The notes: a model not told the origin generated them from the letters alone. 64,000 nt of DNA from Erythrobacter sp. (GCA_965249945.1 OZ252258.1:2563375-2627374); one strand, 5' to 3'. Shown: positions 28,800 through 38,141, counted from the stretch's first letter. Program-made: numbers and translations.

Positions 28800-29474
28800 T
28801 CAACCCGTCTGCGGGATCCGGACATGGTCAAGATGGCCGGTCTTGATCCACACCCGCGCGCCTTGCTCTCCTGCCGTAGCGTCAATCTGATCACCCTTGG
28901 GCAGACGCAGCCAATCGTGCCGCTCATAGGTCTGACCGTCAGCGGCGAAAGAGCCTTCAAGCACGAGAATTTCGGTCCCGCCAGGATCGCCCAGTTTTCT
29001 GAGCGCGCCAGCGTCCCATTGTTCGAGAATCACGCTCTCGAACTGATCTTCGTGAAGCTTGGCCTGCCCCACCCCGGGCTCGATCTGCTCAAGCTCAAGC
29101 GCGTTGAGATCGAGGCTGAACTGATTGCGATCATCCGCGTCGAACTGCCACAGTTTGACGAAGATCGTGCAGCCATCGTCGGCGCGTGGAATGTGATGGG
29201 TGGTCGGCGGATTGCGGACATAGGTGCCCGCCGGATAATCGCCATGCTCATCCTGGAAGGTCCCTTCGAGGACGATGAACTCCTCACCGCCTCCATGGGT
29301 GTGCTCGGGAAAAGCGCTGCCCTCGGCGTAGCGGACGATCGAGGTCGCCCGCGCCACTTCATCGCCGATCCGATCGAGCATCCGCCGGTCGACGCCTTTC
29401 ATCGGCGAAGGCACCCAGGCGAGCTCGCTGGTGTCGACCGCTGCCCGCTCTGAAAAGTCTGCGTTGATATCCAT
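28800..29474 (-). CDS. ChrR-like bicupin protein without anti-sigma domain
   Basis: 224 aa from MDINADF. Cupin metal motif FPEHTHGGGEEFIVLEG...H and a second cupin half. The remaining 196 upstream codons of the ORF are antisense to the DUF2236 gene. Confidence 0.7.
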   Translation of the reverse strand: MDINADFSERAAVDTSELAWVPSPMKGVDRRMLDRIGDEVARATSIVRYAEGSAFPEHTHGGGEEFIVLEGTFQDEHGDYPAGTYVRNPPTTHHIPRADDGCTIFVKLWQFDADDRNQFSLDLNALELEQIEPGVGQAKLHEDQFESVILEQWDAGALRKLGDPGGTEILVLEGSFAADGQTYERHDWLRLPKGDQIDATAGEQGARVWIKTGHLDHVRIPQTG

Positions 29475-29555
29475 GCAGGCGAAATGGGCCTCTGATGCCA
29501 ATTTTGAACCACCAAGCCGCTCGAAATATTCGATTGCTGTGACTACATTCCTCGA

Positions 29556-30401
29556 ATGGCGCGCCCTGACCCGATCGAATCTCTCCGGCTCAAACTGGTT
29601 GAGCAGGTGCGCAATGTCTTCAACGACAGCAATGCCGGTCACAAGCCTGAACCGCCATCGGACGAAGCTTTGTTCGAACGCGACTCGCCGATCCGCATGG
29701 TCCATGCCGATCTGGTCGGGATGATGAGCGGAGGCATTCGCGCTTTGATGCTGCAAATGCTCCATCCGCATGCCTTGCAGGGCGTGCTCGATCATTCGAA
29801 CTTCCGCGAGGATATGCACGGTCGGTTGCAGCGCACCGCACGATTTATCGCGGTGACGACCTTCGGCCATCGCGACCGCGCGACGGCGGCGATCGAGCGG
29901 GTCAATGCAATTCACGCCAAGATCGAGGGCACGCTGCCTGACGGCACGCCCTATAATGCGACCAATCCGCGCACGCTCGCCTGGGTCCATGTCACCGAGG
30001 CGCAGAGCTTCCTCGCCGGCTATTTGCGCCATGTTCGTCCCAATATGCCGAGCCATCAGCAAGACGAGTACTACCGCCAGTTCGCAGTGATTGCGCGCGC
30101 GCTGGGGGCGGATCCGGTCCCGCTCACGCGCAATGAGGCGGAGCAGATCTTTCGCGAGTTACGTCACGATTTGCGGACATCTCCCGAAGCGCGCGAGGTT
30201 GCGCAATTGGTCCTGACGCAGCGCCCCAAGGGGACGCCGTTCGCGGTCCAGACCATGCTTGGCGCAGACGCCGTTTCGATGCTGCCACCATGGAGCCGAT
30301 CGATGCTCGGCCTGTCCGATCCCGGGCTGGTCGCCCTGCCCGCTCGCGCAGCCACCTGGGGCGTCGGCAAGACCCTGCGTTGGGCCTTCAAGCAAAACTG
30401 A
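29556..30401 (+). CDS. DUF2236 / MpaB-family oxygenase-like protein
   Basis: 281 aa. Family-typical sequences RMVHADLVGMMSGGIRALMLQMLHP and RLQRTARFI....FG. Confidence 0.7.
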   Translation: MARPDPIESLRLKLVEQVRNVFNDSNAGHKPEPPSDEALFERDSPIRMVHADLVGMMSGGIRALMLQMLHPHALQGVLDHSNFREDMHGRLQRTARFIAVTTFGHRDRATAAIERVNAIHAKIEGTLPDGTPYNATNPRTLAWVHVTEAQSFLAGYLRHVRPNMPSHQQDEYYRQFAVIARALGADPVPLTRNEAEQIFRELRHDLRTSPEAREVAQLVLTQRPKGTPFAVQTMLGADAVSMLPPWSRSMLGLSDPGLVALPARAATWGVGKTLRWAFKQN

Positions 30402-30461
30402 CCGCGTTTCGACGCATTCGTGTTACATCGTCCCGCAGGATCAGCTTGAGGGAGAGTCGCA

Positions 30462-30824
30462 ATGTATGTCGCCATCGCCGTTTTGTCCGTGCCGGAAGCC
30501 AACAAGGAAGCCTATCGCGAAGCCGCTGAATTCATGGCCAATTGGTCGATCGATCACGGCGCGCTGGAGGTGATGGAGGCCTGGGAGGTCAATGTCCCCG
30601 AAGGCAAGACCACCGATCTGCGCAAGGCCGTGAAGGCGCCCGAGGGTGAAAAGATCGTCGCGGGCTGGATCGTCTGGCCGGACAAGGAAACGCTTGCGAA
30701 GGCGCAAGAGGCGATGGGCAGGGGCGAAGGCTTTGAGGATTATCCAGCGGGAGACCCCCCGTTTGATGGGTCGCGCCTGATCTTCGGAGAATTTGAGCCG
30801 CTGCTGACCAAAGGCCGCGACTAG
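30462..30824 (+). CDS. DUF1428 family protein
   Basis: 120 aa. MYVAIAVLSVPEANKEAYRE... and FDGSRLIFGEFEPL are typical of DUF1428. Confidence 0.7.
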   Translation: MYVAIAVLSVPEANKEAYREAAEFMANWSIDHGALEVMEAWEVNVPEGKTTDLRKAVKAPEGEKIVAGWIVWPDKETLAKAQEAMGRGEGFEDYPAGDPPFDGSRLIFGEFEPLLTKGRD

Positions 30825-30835
30825 GGAGACAAGAA

Positions 30836-31468
30836 TTGGCTGAATTCACTTTCTACACAGTCGCGATGAGCCGCGGCCAGATCTCGCGCTGGGCGCTGCA
30901 CGAAGCCGGCGCAGACTATGATCAGGTGGTGTTCGAATGGGCCACGCGCCCGGCCGACTACGTCAAGATCAACCCGATGAACAAAGTGCCCGCGCTGGTG
31001 CATCACCACGGCGATCACGACCACGTCATTACCGAGGCGGCGGCGATCAATCACTATCTGGCTGAGACCCATCCCGATAAAGGCCTGCTGCCCGGTGCGC
31101 ATGAGAAGGCCGCCTATTTCCGTTGGATGTTCTTTGCCTCGGGCCCGATCGAGCAGGCGCTGCTTGCCAAGATGCTCGGCTGGGAAGTGCCCGAGGAGCG
31201 CACCGCGACGGCGGGCTTCGGCTCGCTCGATATGGCGCTGTCGGCGATGGAAGGCTGGCTGAGCAACAATGATTTCGCGGCAGGCGAGCGCTTCACCATG
31301 GCCGACACCTATGTCGGCAGCCAATTCGTCTGGGGCCTGCGGTTCGGCTCGATCCCGGAAAGACCCGCCTTCAAGGCCTATGTTGAGCGGATCACCCAGC
31401 GCCCGGCCTATGCTGAAGCCAATGCGATTGATGCCAAGCTGATCGAGGAAGCCGCCGCCGAAAGCTAG
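30836..31468 (+). CDS. glutathione S-transferase family protein
   Basis: 210 aa, TTG start 6 nt after GGGAGA. N-terminal thioredoxin-like part (NPMNKVPALV..., ITEAAAINHYL) and a GST C-terminal domain. Confidence 0.8.
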   Translation: MAEFTFYTVAMSRGQISRWALHEAGADYDQVVFEWATRPADYVKINPMNKVPALVHHHGDHDHVITEAAAINHYLAETHPDKGLLPGAHEKAAYFRWMFFASGPIEQALLAKMLGWEVPEERTATAGFGSLDMALSAMEGWLSNNDFAAGERFTMADTYVGSQFVWGLRFGSIPERPAFKAYVERITQRPAYAEANAIDAKLIEEAAAES

Positions 31469-31475
31469 GATATGG

Positions 31476-32069
31476 CTAAGCCAATGCCCTGCTCTTGCGC
31501 AGCAGCTGGTAGGCATCAACGACTTGATTGAGGCGGTTTTCGAACTTGCGGTCGCCGCCATTGCGATCCGGGTGATAGCGCCGGACCAGCTCTGAATAGC
31601 GCCGGCGCAACCTTCTGCGATCGGTGTCGAGACCCAGCCCCATGGTCTCGAGCGCTTGCGCCTCTTCCTTGGAGAACCGCCCATCCATCGCCATCTTTGC
31701 CTCGCGCTCGGCGCGGCTGCGAATGCCATTGGCTCGGGCAGAAATTGCTTCGAGCGGATCGTCGAAATCGGCCCAGCGCGGCATGCCATCGACCCCGCCG
31801 GTCGGCGAGAAGCCGGGGCTCTCAGTCTTCCAGCCAGAGGCCGGGGATTGCGCGTCGAGAATTTCCTCAGCGCTCATTCCTTCGAACCAATTGTAGTCGG
31901 AATTGAACTCACGGACGTGCTCAAGACAGAACCAGCGATAGGTCCCCGGTCCGTCAAATCCATTGGGTCGGTGGCCGGGTGCGCGGAATTCGCCCGGCTT
32001 GCCGCACCCCGGCCATTCGCATTCGCGATCGACCGTTTCGTATCTGCCGTGGAACCTCGATTGACGCAT
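31476..32069 (-). CDS. J-domain protein (alphaproteobacterial DnaJ-like, bolA-divergent)
   Basis: 197 aa from MRQSRFHG. C-terminal J domain with LRRRYSELVRRYHPDRN (HPD) and an N-terminal Cys/His cluster CEWPGCG...FCLEH. Confidence 0.8.
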   Translation of the reverse strand: MRQSRFHGRYETVDRECEWPGCGKPGEFRAPGHRPNGFDGPGTYRWFCLEHVREFNSDYNWFEGMSAEEILDAQSPASGWKTESPGFSPTGGVDGMPRWADFDDPLEAISARANGIRSRAEREAKMAMDGRFSKEEAQALETMGLGLDTDRRRLRRRYSELVRRYHPDRNGGDRKFENRLNQVVDAYQLLRKSRALA

Positions 32070-32130
32070 AGCCCTTGAAACTGGGGCCTGGGCGCGCAAA
32101 TGCCAAGACACAGTTTGAAGGGAATTTGCG

Positions 32131-32403
32131 ATGAGCGGCACGATCGCCGAAGAAATCACCAGTCTGTTGACCGAGGCGTTCGCGCCAACCCAGCTGGAAG
32201 TGATCAATGACAGCGCGCACCACGCTGGCCATTCCGGTGACGATGGCTCGGGCGAATCCCATTTCACCGTGGTGATCGAGTCCGAGAAATTCGCGCCGAT
32301 GTCCCGGCTGGCCCGGCAGCGGGCGGTCATAGCCGCGCTGGGTGATATCGTCGGTCAGCGGGTGCACGCCGTGGCGATCAAGGCCAGCGTCCCGCAAGGA
32401 TGA
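32131..32403 (+). CDS. bolA: BolA family protein
   Basis: 90 aa. EVINDSAHHAGH...SHFTVVIES..F and ...VHAVAIKA. Confidence 0.85.
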   Translation: MSGTIAEEITSLLTEAFAPTQLEVINDSAHHAGHSGDDGSGESHFTVVIESEKFAPMSRLARQRAVIAALGDIVGQRVHAVAIKASVPQG

Positions 32404-32855
32404 GCGATACCTCTACAACCAAGCGCCTGCGCAAGGCCGCCCGGATCATCCTAGTGAACCCGCAGGGTCAAACGCTGTTGTTCCGATATGATGTCCCGGG
32501 CCGGGCACCGTTCTGGGTCACCCCCGGCGGTGAGTGCGATCCGGGCGAGAGTTTCGATCAGACCGCCCGGCGCGAATTGCTCGAAGAAACCGGGATAGAC
32601 GCCGATCCGGGCGCGCAGATTCTGCAGATGGAGCCCGAATTCATAACCGTCGAAGGCGAGCCGGTCCGGGCCGATGAGCGCTTCTATTTCGTCCGCACCG
32701 AGATCACAGCGATCAACACCGCCGGCCATACCGAGACCGAGCGTGAGCTGATGACCCAGCACCGCTGGTTCACAATGGACGAATTGAGCGACTGGCCGGA
32801 AGCAATCTTCCCGGATATTTTGAGATCGATCATCGAGCAGGAGAGCCAGGCATGA
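32400..32855 (+). CDS. NUDIX hydrolase
   Basis: 151 aa. Nudix box GGECDPGESFDQTARRELLEETGI. Confidence 0.85.
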   Translation: MSDTSTTKRLRKAARIILVNPQGQTLLFRYDVPGRAPFWVTPGGECDPGESFDQTARRELLEETGIDADPGAQILQMEPEFITVEGEPVRADERFYFVRTEITAINTAGHTETERELMTQHRWFTMDELSDWPEAIFPDILRSIIEQESQA

Positions 32856-33739
32856 TCACGCAAACGATCACCCCTGTGACGCATGACCTTGGCCAATTCG
32901 AAGTCCGCCGGGTTTTGCCTTCGCGCCAAAGGACAATGGTCGGCCCGTTTATCTTCGTCGATGAATTTGGCCCGGCCGAGCTTGCAATCGGCGCTGGCAT
33001 GGGCGTTCGCCCGCATCCGCATATCAATCTCGCAACCGTCACCTGGCTGTTCGATGGCGCGATTGATCACCGCGACAGCCTCGGCAGCTTTGCCACGATC
33101 CGACCTGGCCAGGTCAATCTGATGACCGCCGGCAAGGGTATCGTCCATTCCGAGCGCAGCCCGGCTGAAGAGCGCGACGCTGTCTCGAAAATGTTCGGAA
33201 TGCAGACCTGGCTGGCGCTGCCCGATGGGCGCGAAGAGATCGGTCCGGCCTTCGAGGCTGTGAGTGATCTGCCGGTGGTCGAGGACCAATGCGTCAAAGC
33301 GCATGTCATCATGGGCGAATTGTGGGGCAAGCGCGCTGCCACAACCACCTATGCCGACACGATCTATGCCGAGATTCACATGGCGCCGACCGGTGCCATC
33401 CCGCTCGAGATCAGCGCCGATGAGCGCGCGGTCATGCTGGTTGAAGGGGAAGCCAAGGTCGATGGGATCGAGCTGGTGCCCTATCAATTGGCAGTGCTCG
33501 AACCCGGCCGAAATATGACGCTGTCATCCGAGCGCGGCGGGCGCGTGATGCTGCTCGGCGGCGAAGCCTTTACCACCCCGCGCCATGCCTGGTGGAATTT
33601 CGTCAGCTCTGACCGTGAGCGTATTCGGCAGGCTGCCAAGGATTGGACCGAGGGCAAGTTTCCGACCGTACCGGGTGATGAAGAGGAATATATTCCCTTG
33701 CCCGAGCGGCCAAACACGGTCAGCTATCCGCAAGAATAA
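32852..33739 (+). CDS. pirin family protein
   Basis: 295 aa. Metal site GVRPHPHINLATVTWLFDG...H.D, plus the bicupin layout. Confidence 0.9.
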   Translation: MITQTITPVTHDLGQFEVRRVLPSRQRTMVGPFIFVDEFGPAELAIGAGMGVRPHPHINLATVTWLFDGAIDHRDSLGSFATIRPGQVNLMTAGKGIVHSERSPAEERDAVSKMFGMQTWLALPDGREEIGPAFEAVSDLPVVEDQCVKAHVIMGELWGKRAATTTYADTIYAEIHMAPTGAIPLEISADERAVMLVEGEAKVDGIELVPYQLAVLEPGRNMTLSSERGGRVMLLGGEAFTTPRHAWWNFVSSDRERIRQAAKDWTEGKFPTVPGDEEEYIPLPERPNTVSYPQE

Positions 33740-33754
33740 ACTAGGGAGAGAACA

Positions 33755-34567
33755 TTGGACTATACCGGCAAGACCGTCTGGATCACCGGCGCCTCATCGG
33801 GCATCGGCGCTGCCCTGGCCCGCGATGCGGCGGGGCGCGGCGCGAATGTCATCCTTTCGGGCCGAGATGAGGCGCGATTGGCTGAGGTAGCGGCCGATTG
33901 TGGCGAGACCCTGATCCTGCCGTTCGATGTTCGTGACGATGCTGCTCTGGCGGAGGCGACCGCCAAGGCAATCGCCTGGAAGGGCGGGGTCGATCTGGCC
34001 TTTGCCAATGCCGGTGTTTCGCAACGCAGCCGCGCGCTCAAGACCGATATGCAGGTTTATCGCGACATCATCGATATCGATCTCACCGCGCAAATTGCCT
34101 TCAGCCAAGGCTTGATCGGCCATATGGTTGAGCGTGGCTCAGGCGGACTGGCCTTCATCTCGTCGATTGCCGGCAAAGTCGGCGTGCCGATGCGGACGGC
34201 CTATAGCGCGGTGAAATTCGGTCTCGCTGGCTATGGCGATGCGCTGCGGGCCGAACTCTCCCAGACCGGGGTCGGCGTGCATGTCATCTATCCCGGCTCG
34301 GTCGCTACCAATGTCTCGCGCAATGCCATGGTCGGCGACGGCTCCAAACGCGGTCGCTCGGACAAGGTCATCGACGAAGGCATCCCGGCCAATGACGCCG
34401 CCAAGACCATGCTCGACGCCATCGCCAAGGGCGACCGCGAAATCATCGTGGCGCAGGGTATGGAAGAAGGCATGGGCGAGATGCGCCGCACGCCCGATGC
34501 TCTGTTCGATCAGGTCGCGGCGATGGTCGCGGCTGGCTACATGGAGCGGATGGAAGAGGGCAAATAG
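33755..34567 (+). CDS. SDR family oxidoreductase
   Basis: 270 aa. TGASSGIGAALA cofactor motif, NAG, and catalytic YSAVKFG. Confidence 0.9.
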   Translation: MDYTGKTVWITGASSGIGAALARDAAGRGANVILSGRDEARLAEVAADCGETLILPFDVRDDAALAEATAKAIAWKGGVDLAFANAGVSQRSRALKTDMQVYRDIIDIDLTAQIAFSQGLIGHMVERGSGGLAFISSIAGKVGVPMRTAYSAVKFGLAGYGDALRAELSQTGVGVHVIYPGSVATNVSRNAMVGDGSKRGRSDKVIDEGIPANDAAKTMLDAIAKGDREIIVAQGMEEGMGEMRRTPDALFDQVAAMVAAGYMERMEEGK

Positions 34568-35004
34568 TTCGCCCGTCGAAGCGCCCAGGCGACAATCGCA
34601 CAGGCAATCGCCTGTTCAATCCAGGCCAAAGGCAGCGCGACCCAAAGCAGGTCAATCGGGGCCAGCCCCATATTGGCTATCCCGAGCCATAGCAGGCCGA
34701 ATAGTGTAAGGCTGAAGGCCAGCGAGCCCGACAGGATCTGGCTGATCCCGGCCCCAAAATTCTTCAGCCACAGCCAATAGAAGCCAGTTGCCGCGACAAT
34801 CAGCAAGAGGTCCCACAGCCCCCAGATCATCAGGGTCGGCCAATCGACCGGGGCGACCTTGGGTTCTTCAGGAAAAGCCTCAAGCAGCATCGGTCTGACC
34901 ACCAGCAGATAGCGCAGGGTCTCAGACAGGTTGATCCATAGGAAATTGAAAGCAAAGGCGATTTTGAAGCCACGCGGGATCAGCGGGTTGTGAGAATTGG
35001 GCAT
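34537..35004 (-). CDS. hypothetical membrane protein (4 TM)
   Basis: 155 aa from MPNSHN (alternative ATG at 35019), strongly hydrophobic. Its 3' end overlaps the convergent SDR gene by 31 nt. Confidence 0.5.
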   Translation of the reverse strand: MPNSHNPLIPRGFKIAFAFNFLWINLSETLRYLLVVRPMLLEAFPEEPKVAPVDWPTLMIWGLWDLLLIVAATGFYWLWLKNFGAGISQILSGSLAFSLTLFGLLWLGIANMGLAPIDLLWVALPLAWIEQAIACAIVAWALRRANYLPSSIRSM

Positions 35005-35147
35005 TGGGCATCCTTTCAATGGGTCTGAAAGTCTGGACGCCCTCGCGCACCGGTCTGGTGCGGCCTGATCTTTCAGACTTTACCCGAAAGCGAGTGCCAT
35101 TGCCAGAAATGATGCTGGCAAACCCGGGCTGATGCAGGCAGAGTTGA

Positions 35148-36038
35148 GTGATGGAACAGAAACGCGTTGCGCTCGCAAATGGGATTGAACTCGACATCGT
35201 CGATGAGGGACCGGTCGATGCGCCAGTGCTGATCTTTCTGCACGGCTTTCCTGAGAGCCACCGGACGTGGCGGCATCAGATCGCGCATTTCTCTGACCGG
35301 TTTCGCTGCATTGCTCCGGATCAGCGCGGCTATCGCGGATCATCCAAGCCGCAAGCGGCCGAGGAATACGCCCCGAACAAGCTAATCGGCGATATCTTCC
35401 TGCTGGTGGATGCTCTGTCGATCCCGAAATTCACCATTGTGGGGCACGATTGGGGCGGAGCGATTGCCTGGGGCGTAGCGCTGGGTGGACAGCATATGCG
35501 GGTCGAGCGGGCGATCATTGCCAATGCCCCGCACCCGGCGATCTTCCAGAAGCTGCTCTACACCCACCGCGGGCAGCGCGAGGCGAGCCAATACATTCGT
35601 GGCTTTCGCGATCCCGCCAATGATCAGTTGATCCGCGAAAAGGGGATCACTGGCATCCTCAAGCAGGAGGTCAATTGGGATCGGCCCGCCAATATGGAGC
35701 CGGAAGAGCGCGCGCAGCTGCTCAGAGATTGGGAAGATCGCGATGCCTGCTTCGGGATGATCAATTATTATCGCGGCAGCACGATGCATGTTCCGCCGAT
35801 GGATGCGCCCTACGTGCTTCCCGACGGCTACACGCCGCCGGATCTGCCGCAACTGACAATCCCGACTCTAGTGATCTGGGCTCTCGATGACACTGCCTTG
35901 CCGCCCGAGAATATCGAAGGGCTCGACCATGAGATCGACGATCTGACGCTGGTTGAAGTGCCGGATTGCGGCCACTTTGTTCCCTGGGAAGCGCCCGAGC
36001 AAGTCATTGCTGCGATGGAAGAATTTCTGCAATCCTAG
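35148..36038 (+). CDS. alpha/beta hydrolase (epoxide-hydrolase/haloalkane-dehalogenase-like)
   Basis: 296 aa. Oxyanion HGFPESHRTWRHQ, nucleophile elbow GHDWGG, and a C-terminal CGHFVPWE catalytic His. Confidence 0.85.
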   Translation: MMEQKRVALANGIELDIVDEGPVDAPVLIFLHGFPESHRTWRHQIAHFSDRFRCIAPDQRGYRGSSKPQAAEEYAPNKLIGDIFLLVDALSIPKFTIVGHDWGGAIAWGVALGGQHMRVERAIIANAPHPAIFQKLLYTHRGQREASQYIRGFRDPANDQLIREKGITGILKQEVNWDRPANMEPEERAQLLRDWEDRDACFGMINYYRGSTMHVPPMDAPYVLPDGYTPPDLPQLTIPTLVIWALDDTALPPENIEGLDHEIDDLTLVEVPDCGHFVPWEAPEQVIAAMEEFLQS

Positions 36039-36189
36039 GCCAAATATCTTGCTCCGGCTCTGTGTGCCCGGCAGTGCTAGTTTCCTGATCGAATACGACC
36101 GGAATGGCTGATACACTGGCTGGAATTTCGATCCCTCTGGCGCATAGGCAGAAAATGGTATAAACTTCTGATATATAAGGAGTTTTGCT

Positions 36190-36279
36190 ATGGTATATCA
36201 TATCCCCGCAGGCTGCTGTGACTGCGAATGCGAGAATTGCGAACAAGGTGGCGATTGCAGCAACTGCGATTGCTGCTGA
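36190..36279 (+). CDS. 29-aa cysteine-rich peptide (metallothionein-like candidate), unannotated
   Basis: AAGGAG at 36177-36182, a 7-nt spacer, then ATG. It encodes MVYHIPAGCCDCECENCEQGGDCSNCDCC followed by TGA, with 9 Cys in CC/CxC/CxxC spacing. Confidence 0.5.
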   Translation: MVYHIPAGCCDCECENCEQGGDCSNCDCC

Positions 36280-36310
36280 TCAAAGTCAGCTTACTGAAGG
36301 ATCGCGCTGA

Positions 36311-37366
36311 CTAGGCTTCAGCGGTCCATTCAAGCCAGGCCCCATGTGGATGGGCATGCGCAAGCAGTGCGCACTCACCCACCGGTCCGCCCGGCCAGAA
36401 CCGCACGCGCAATTCGTGTCGGAAGGTCGCCGGGTTGGTCTCAAGCGAAATCCATGCCAGCGGCTTGTCCTCGGAGGCTCGCGAACCGGCCTGCTCCATC
36501 GCCTGGGTGATCGCCGATTGCGTCTCGCTCGGCATATATTGCCACATGATCGAGTGGAACATGACCCGGCTTGTGCCGGATGCCTGCTCTCGCTCCAATT
36601 GCTGCCGGACAAACTCACCTGCGTCCATCTGCACCAGATCGGGTGGGTTCTGCCCTGCCAGTTCAATTGCAGCATCGATCCGCACCATTCGAGCAAGCGC
36701 ATCCGGCCAGACATAGCTCTTGAGCTTGAGCGCACTGGCCTCATCCGACAGATCGATCGTCTGCACGTCGCAGCCGCGGATCGAGGTGATTGCGATCTCT
36801 GACGCGGGCGGAGAATTGCCCCGCCATTCGGGCACAATCTGCATCGGTGAGCCGGGCGGCCCCGCCTCGGTCTCTCCGAGCCGGTAGAAATAGCGCTCCA
36901 TCATCGTGTTGACGCCAGCACTCGCGCCGAGCTCAAACATCTCGAACCGCGGCGCGACATGCTGCGCCAGCCAAAGCAGTCCGGCCATTATGCTGGCCGA
37001 ACGTCCGGCCTCATTGGTTTGCGGCGGCCCGTCCAGCCACGGCAGCAACCGGTTGTCGTACATCGCGACCAATTCACACACCAAGGCGTCGACCTGCGCC
37101 TGATCGGTGATCTGCCCGCTGTAGACCCGCGCAAGCCGGTCGTCTGTGCCGGAAAGAACCAGGTGGTGGAGCCCGCCAGCGATCCGCAGCGGCATGGCGT
37201 CCTTGAGCGTCAGCCCCTGCCAATTGGCCATACGGCGACCGGTCGCGGTGTCGCTCTCGCGGACCTTGTGCAGCGCCCGAATGACCCGCGCCGTGCACGG
37301 CGCTCCTGCCTCGATCGCGTGGTCGGCCTGCCATTCCAGAGCGGCGTTGAACTCTTCAATTGCCAT
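36311..37366 (-). CDS. DUF2332 family protein
   Basis: About 351 aa from [16 protein letters not shown]. The family-typical N-terminal region is present (...[10 protein letters not shown]...[24 protein letters not shown]). Upstream ATGs at 37414 and 37552 would run into the hisG promoter and gene. Confidence 0.7.
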   Translation of the reverse strand: MAIEEFNAALEWQADHAIEAGAPCTARVIRALHKVRESDTATGRRMANWQGLTLKDAMPLRIAGGLHHLVLSGTDDRLARVYSGQITDQAQVDALVCELVAMYDNRLLPWLDGPPQTNEAGRSASIMAGLLWLAQHVAPRFEMFELGASAGVNTMMERYFYRLGETEAGPPGSPMQIVPEWRGNSPPASEIAITSIRGCDVQTIDLSDEASALKLKSYVWPDALARMVRIDAAIELAGQNPPDLVQMDAGEFVRQQLEREQASGTSRVMFHSIMWQYMPSETQSAITQAMEQAGSRASEDKPLAWISLETNPATFRHELRVRFWPGGPVGECALLAHAHPHGAWLEWTAEA

Positions 37367-37469
37367 GATCCCACTGTCGTTCAATTCGGCCGCTCCTTTG
37401 CTTTCTGGTTCCATCTGGTGCGCGGGCGTGTTGCCCTTTGGCTCTCCAATGCCTAAGTGCCGCGGCGAA

Positions 37470-38141
37470 ATGATGTCCACCAGCAATCCCACGCGGCCTT
37501 TGACCTTTGCCATTCCCAAGGGGCGGATCCTCGATGAGGCCCTGCCCGTCATGGCGCGCGCTGGCGTCGTGCCGGAGGATGGCTTTCACGACAAGTCCAA
37601 CCGCAGCCTTTCTTTCGCGACGACGCGCGACGACATGCGGCTGATCCGGGTGCGGGCGTTCGATGTGGCGACATTCGTGGCGCATGGCGCGGCGCAGGTC
37701 GGGATTGTCGGCTCGGATGTGATCGAGGAATTCGACTACGCCGATCTCTATGCCCCGGTCGATCTCGATATCGGGCATTGTCGCCTATCGGTCGCGCGGA
37801 TGGCGGATGACACTGCTCCTGCCAGCAGTTCGAGCCACCTCAGGGTCGCGACCAAATATCCCAATCTCACCCGCCGTCACTTCGAGCGGCAGGGGATCCA
37901 GGCCGAATGCGTCAAACTCAATGGCGCGATGGAGCTCGCCCCCTCGCTTGGGCTGGCGCGGCAGATCGTCGACCTGGTCTCGACCGGCGCGACGCTCAAA
38001 CAGAATGGCCTGGTCGAGACCGACCGGATCGTTGACATCACCGCTCGCCTGATCGTCAACCGCGCAGCGCTCAAGACCGATCCGCGTGTGGCGCAATTGG
38101 TCGAAGCCTTCCGCAGCAATGCCGAGGATCGGGCCGCCTGA
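37470..38141 (+). CDS. hisG: ATP phosphoribosyltransferase (short form)
   Basis: 223 aa from [24 protein letters not shown]..., with [14 protein letters not shown]. The upstream part of the ORF is antisense to DUF2332. Confidence 0.9.
   Translation: MMSTSNPTRPLTFAIPKGRILDEALPVMARAGVVPEDGFHDKSNRSLSFATTRDDMRLIRVRAFDVATFVAHGAAQVGIVGSDVIEEFDYADLYAPVDLDIGHCRLSVARMADDTAPASSSSHLRVATKYPNLTRRHFERQGIQAECVKLNGAMELAPSLGLARQIVDLVSTGATLKQNGLVETDRIVDITARLIVNRAALKTDPRVAQLVEAFRSNAEDRAA

Noticed and set aside
27718-28890. 390-aa plus-strand ORF
   Set aside because: It is antisense to cobS, which has clear Walker A/B motifs and CobS-specific sequence. It has no recognisable motifs of its own and an Arg/His-rich composition.
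29475-30062. N-terminal 196 codons of the 420-aa ORF 28800-30062
   Set aside because: The cupin homology begins at MDINADF (29474). The extension is antisense to the well-supported DUF2236 gene and reads as low-complexity Arg/His-rich sequence.
36087-36133. Inverted repeat GATCGAA...TTCGATC upstream of the Cys-rich ORF as a possible metal-regulator operator
   Set aside because: The arms are only 7 bp, are separated by 33 nt, and bear no resemblance to MerR or ArsR/SmtB operator architecture that I can recognise. This is too weak to call.
36004-36246. 80-aa minus-strand ORF in the AT-rich spacer
   Set aside because: It has no SD and its sequence is hydrophobic and low-information. It overlaps the end of the hydrolase gene and the much better supported Cys-rich ORF on the other strand.
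36266-36279. Near-FNR box TTGCTGCTGATCAA
   Set aside because: It has a mismatch in the critical TTGAT half-site and is formed by the Cys codons and stop of the small ORF. It lies downstream of both convergent genes, so there is no promoter context.
36286-36837. 183-aa alternative-frame ORF within the DUF2332 gene
   Set aside because: It is Arg/Ser/Pro-rich out-of-frame shadow. The DUF2332 frame carries the family-typical sequence.
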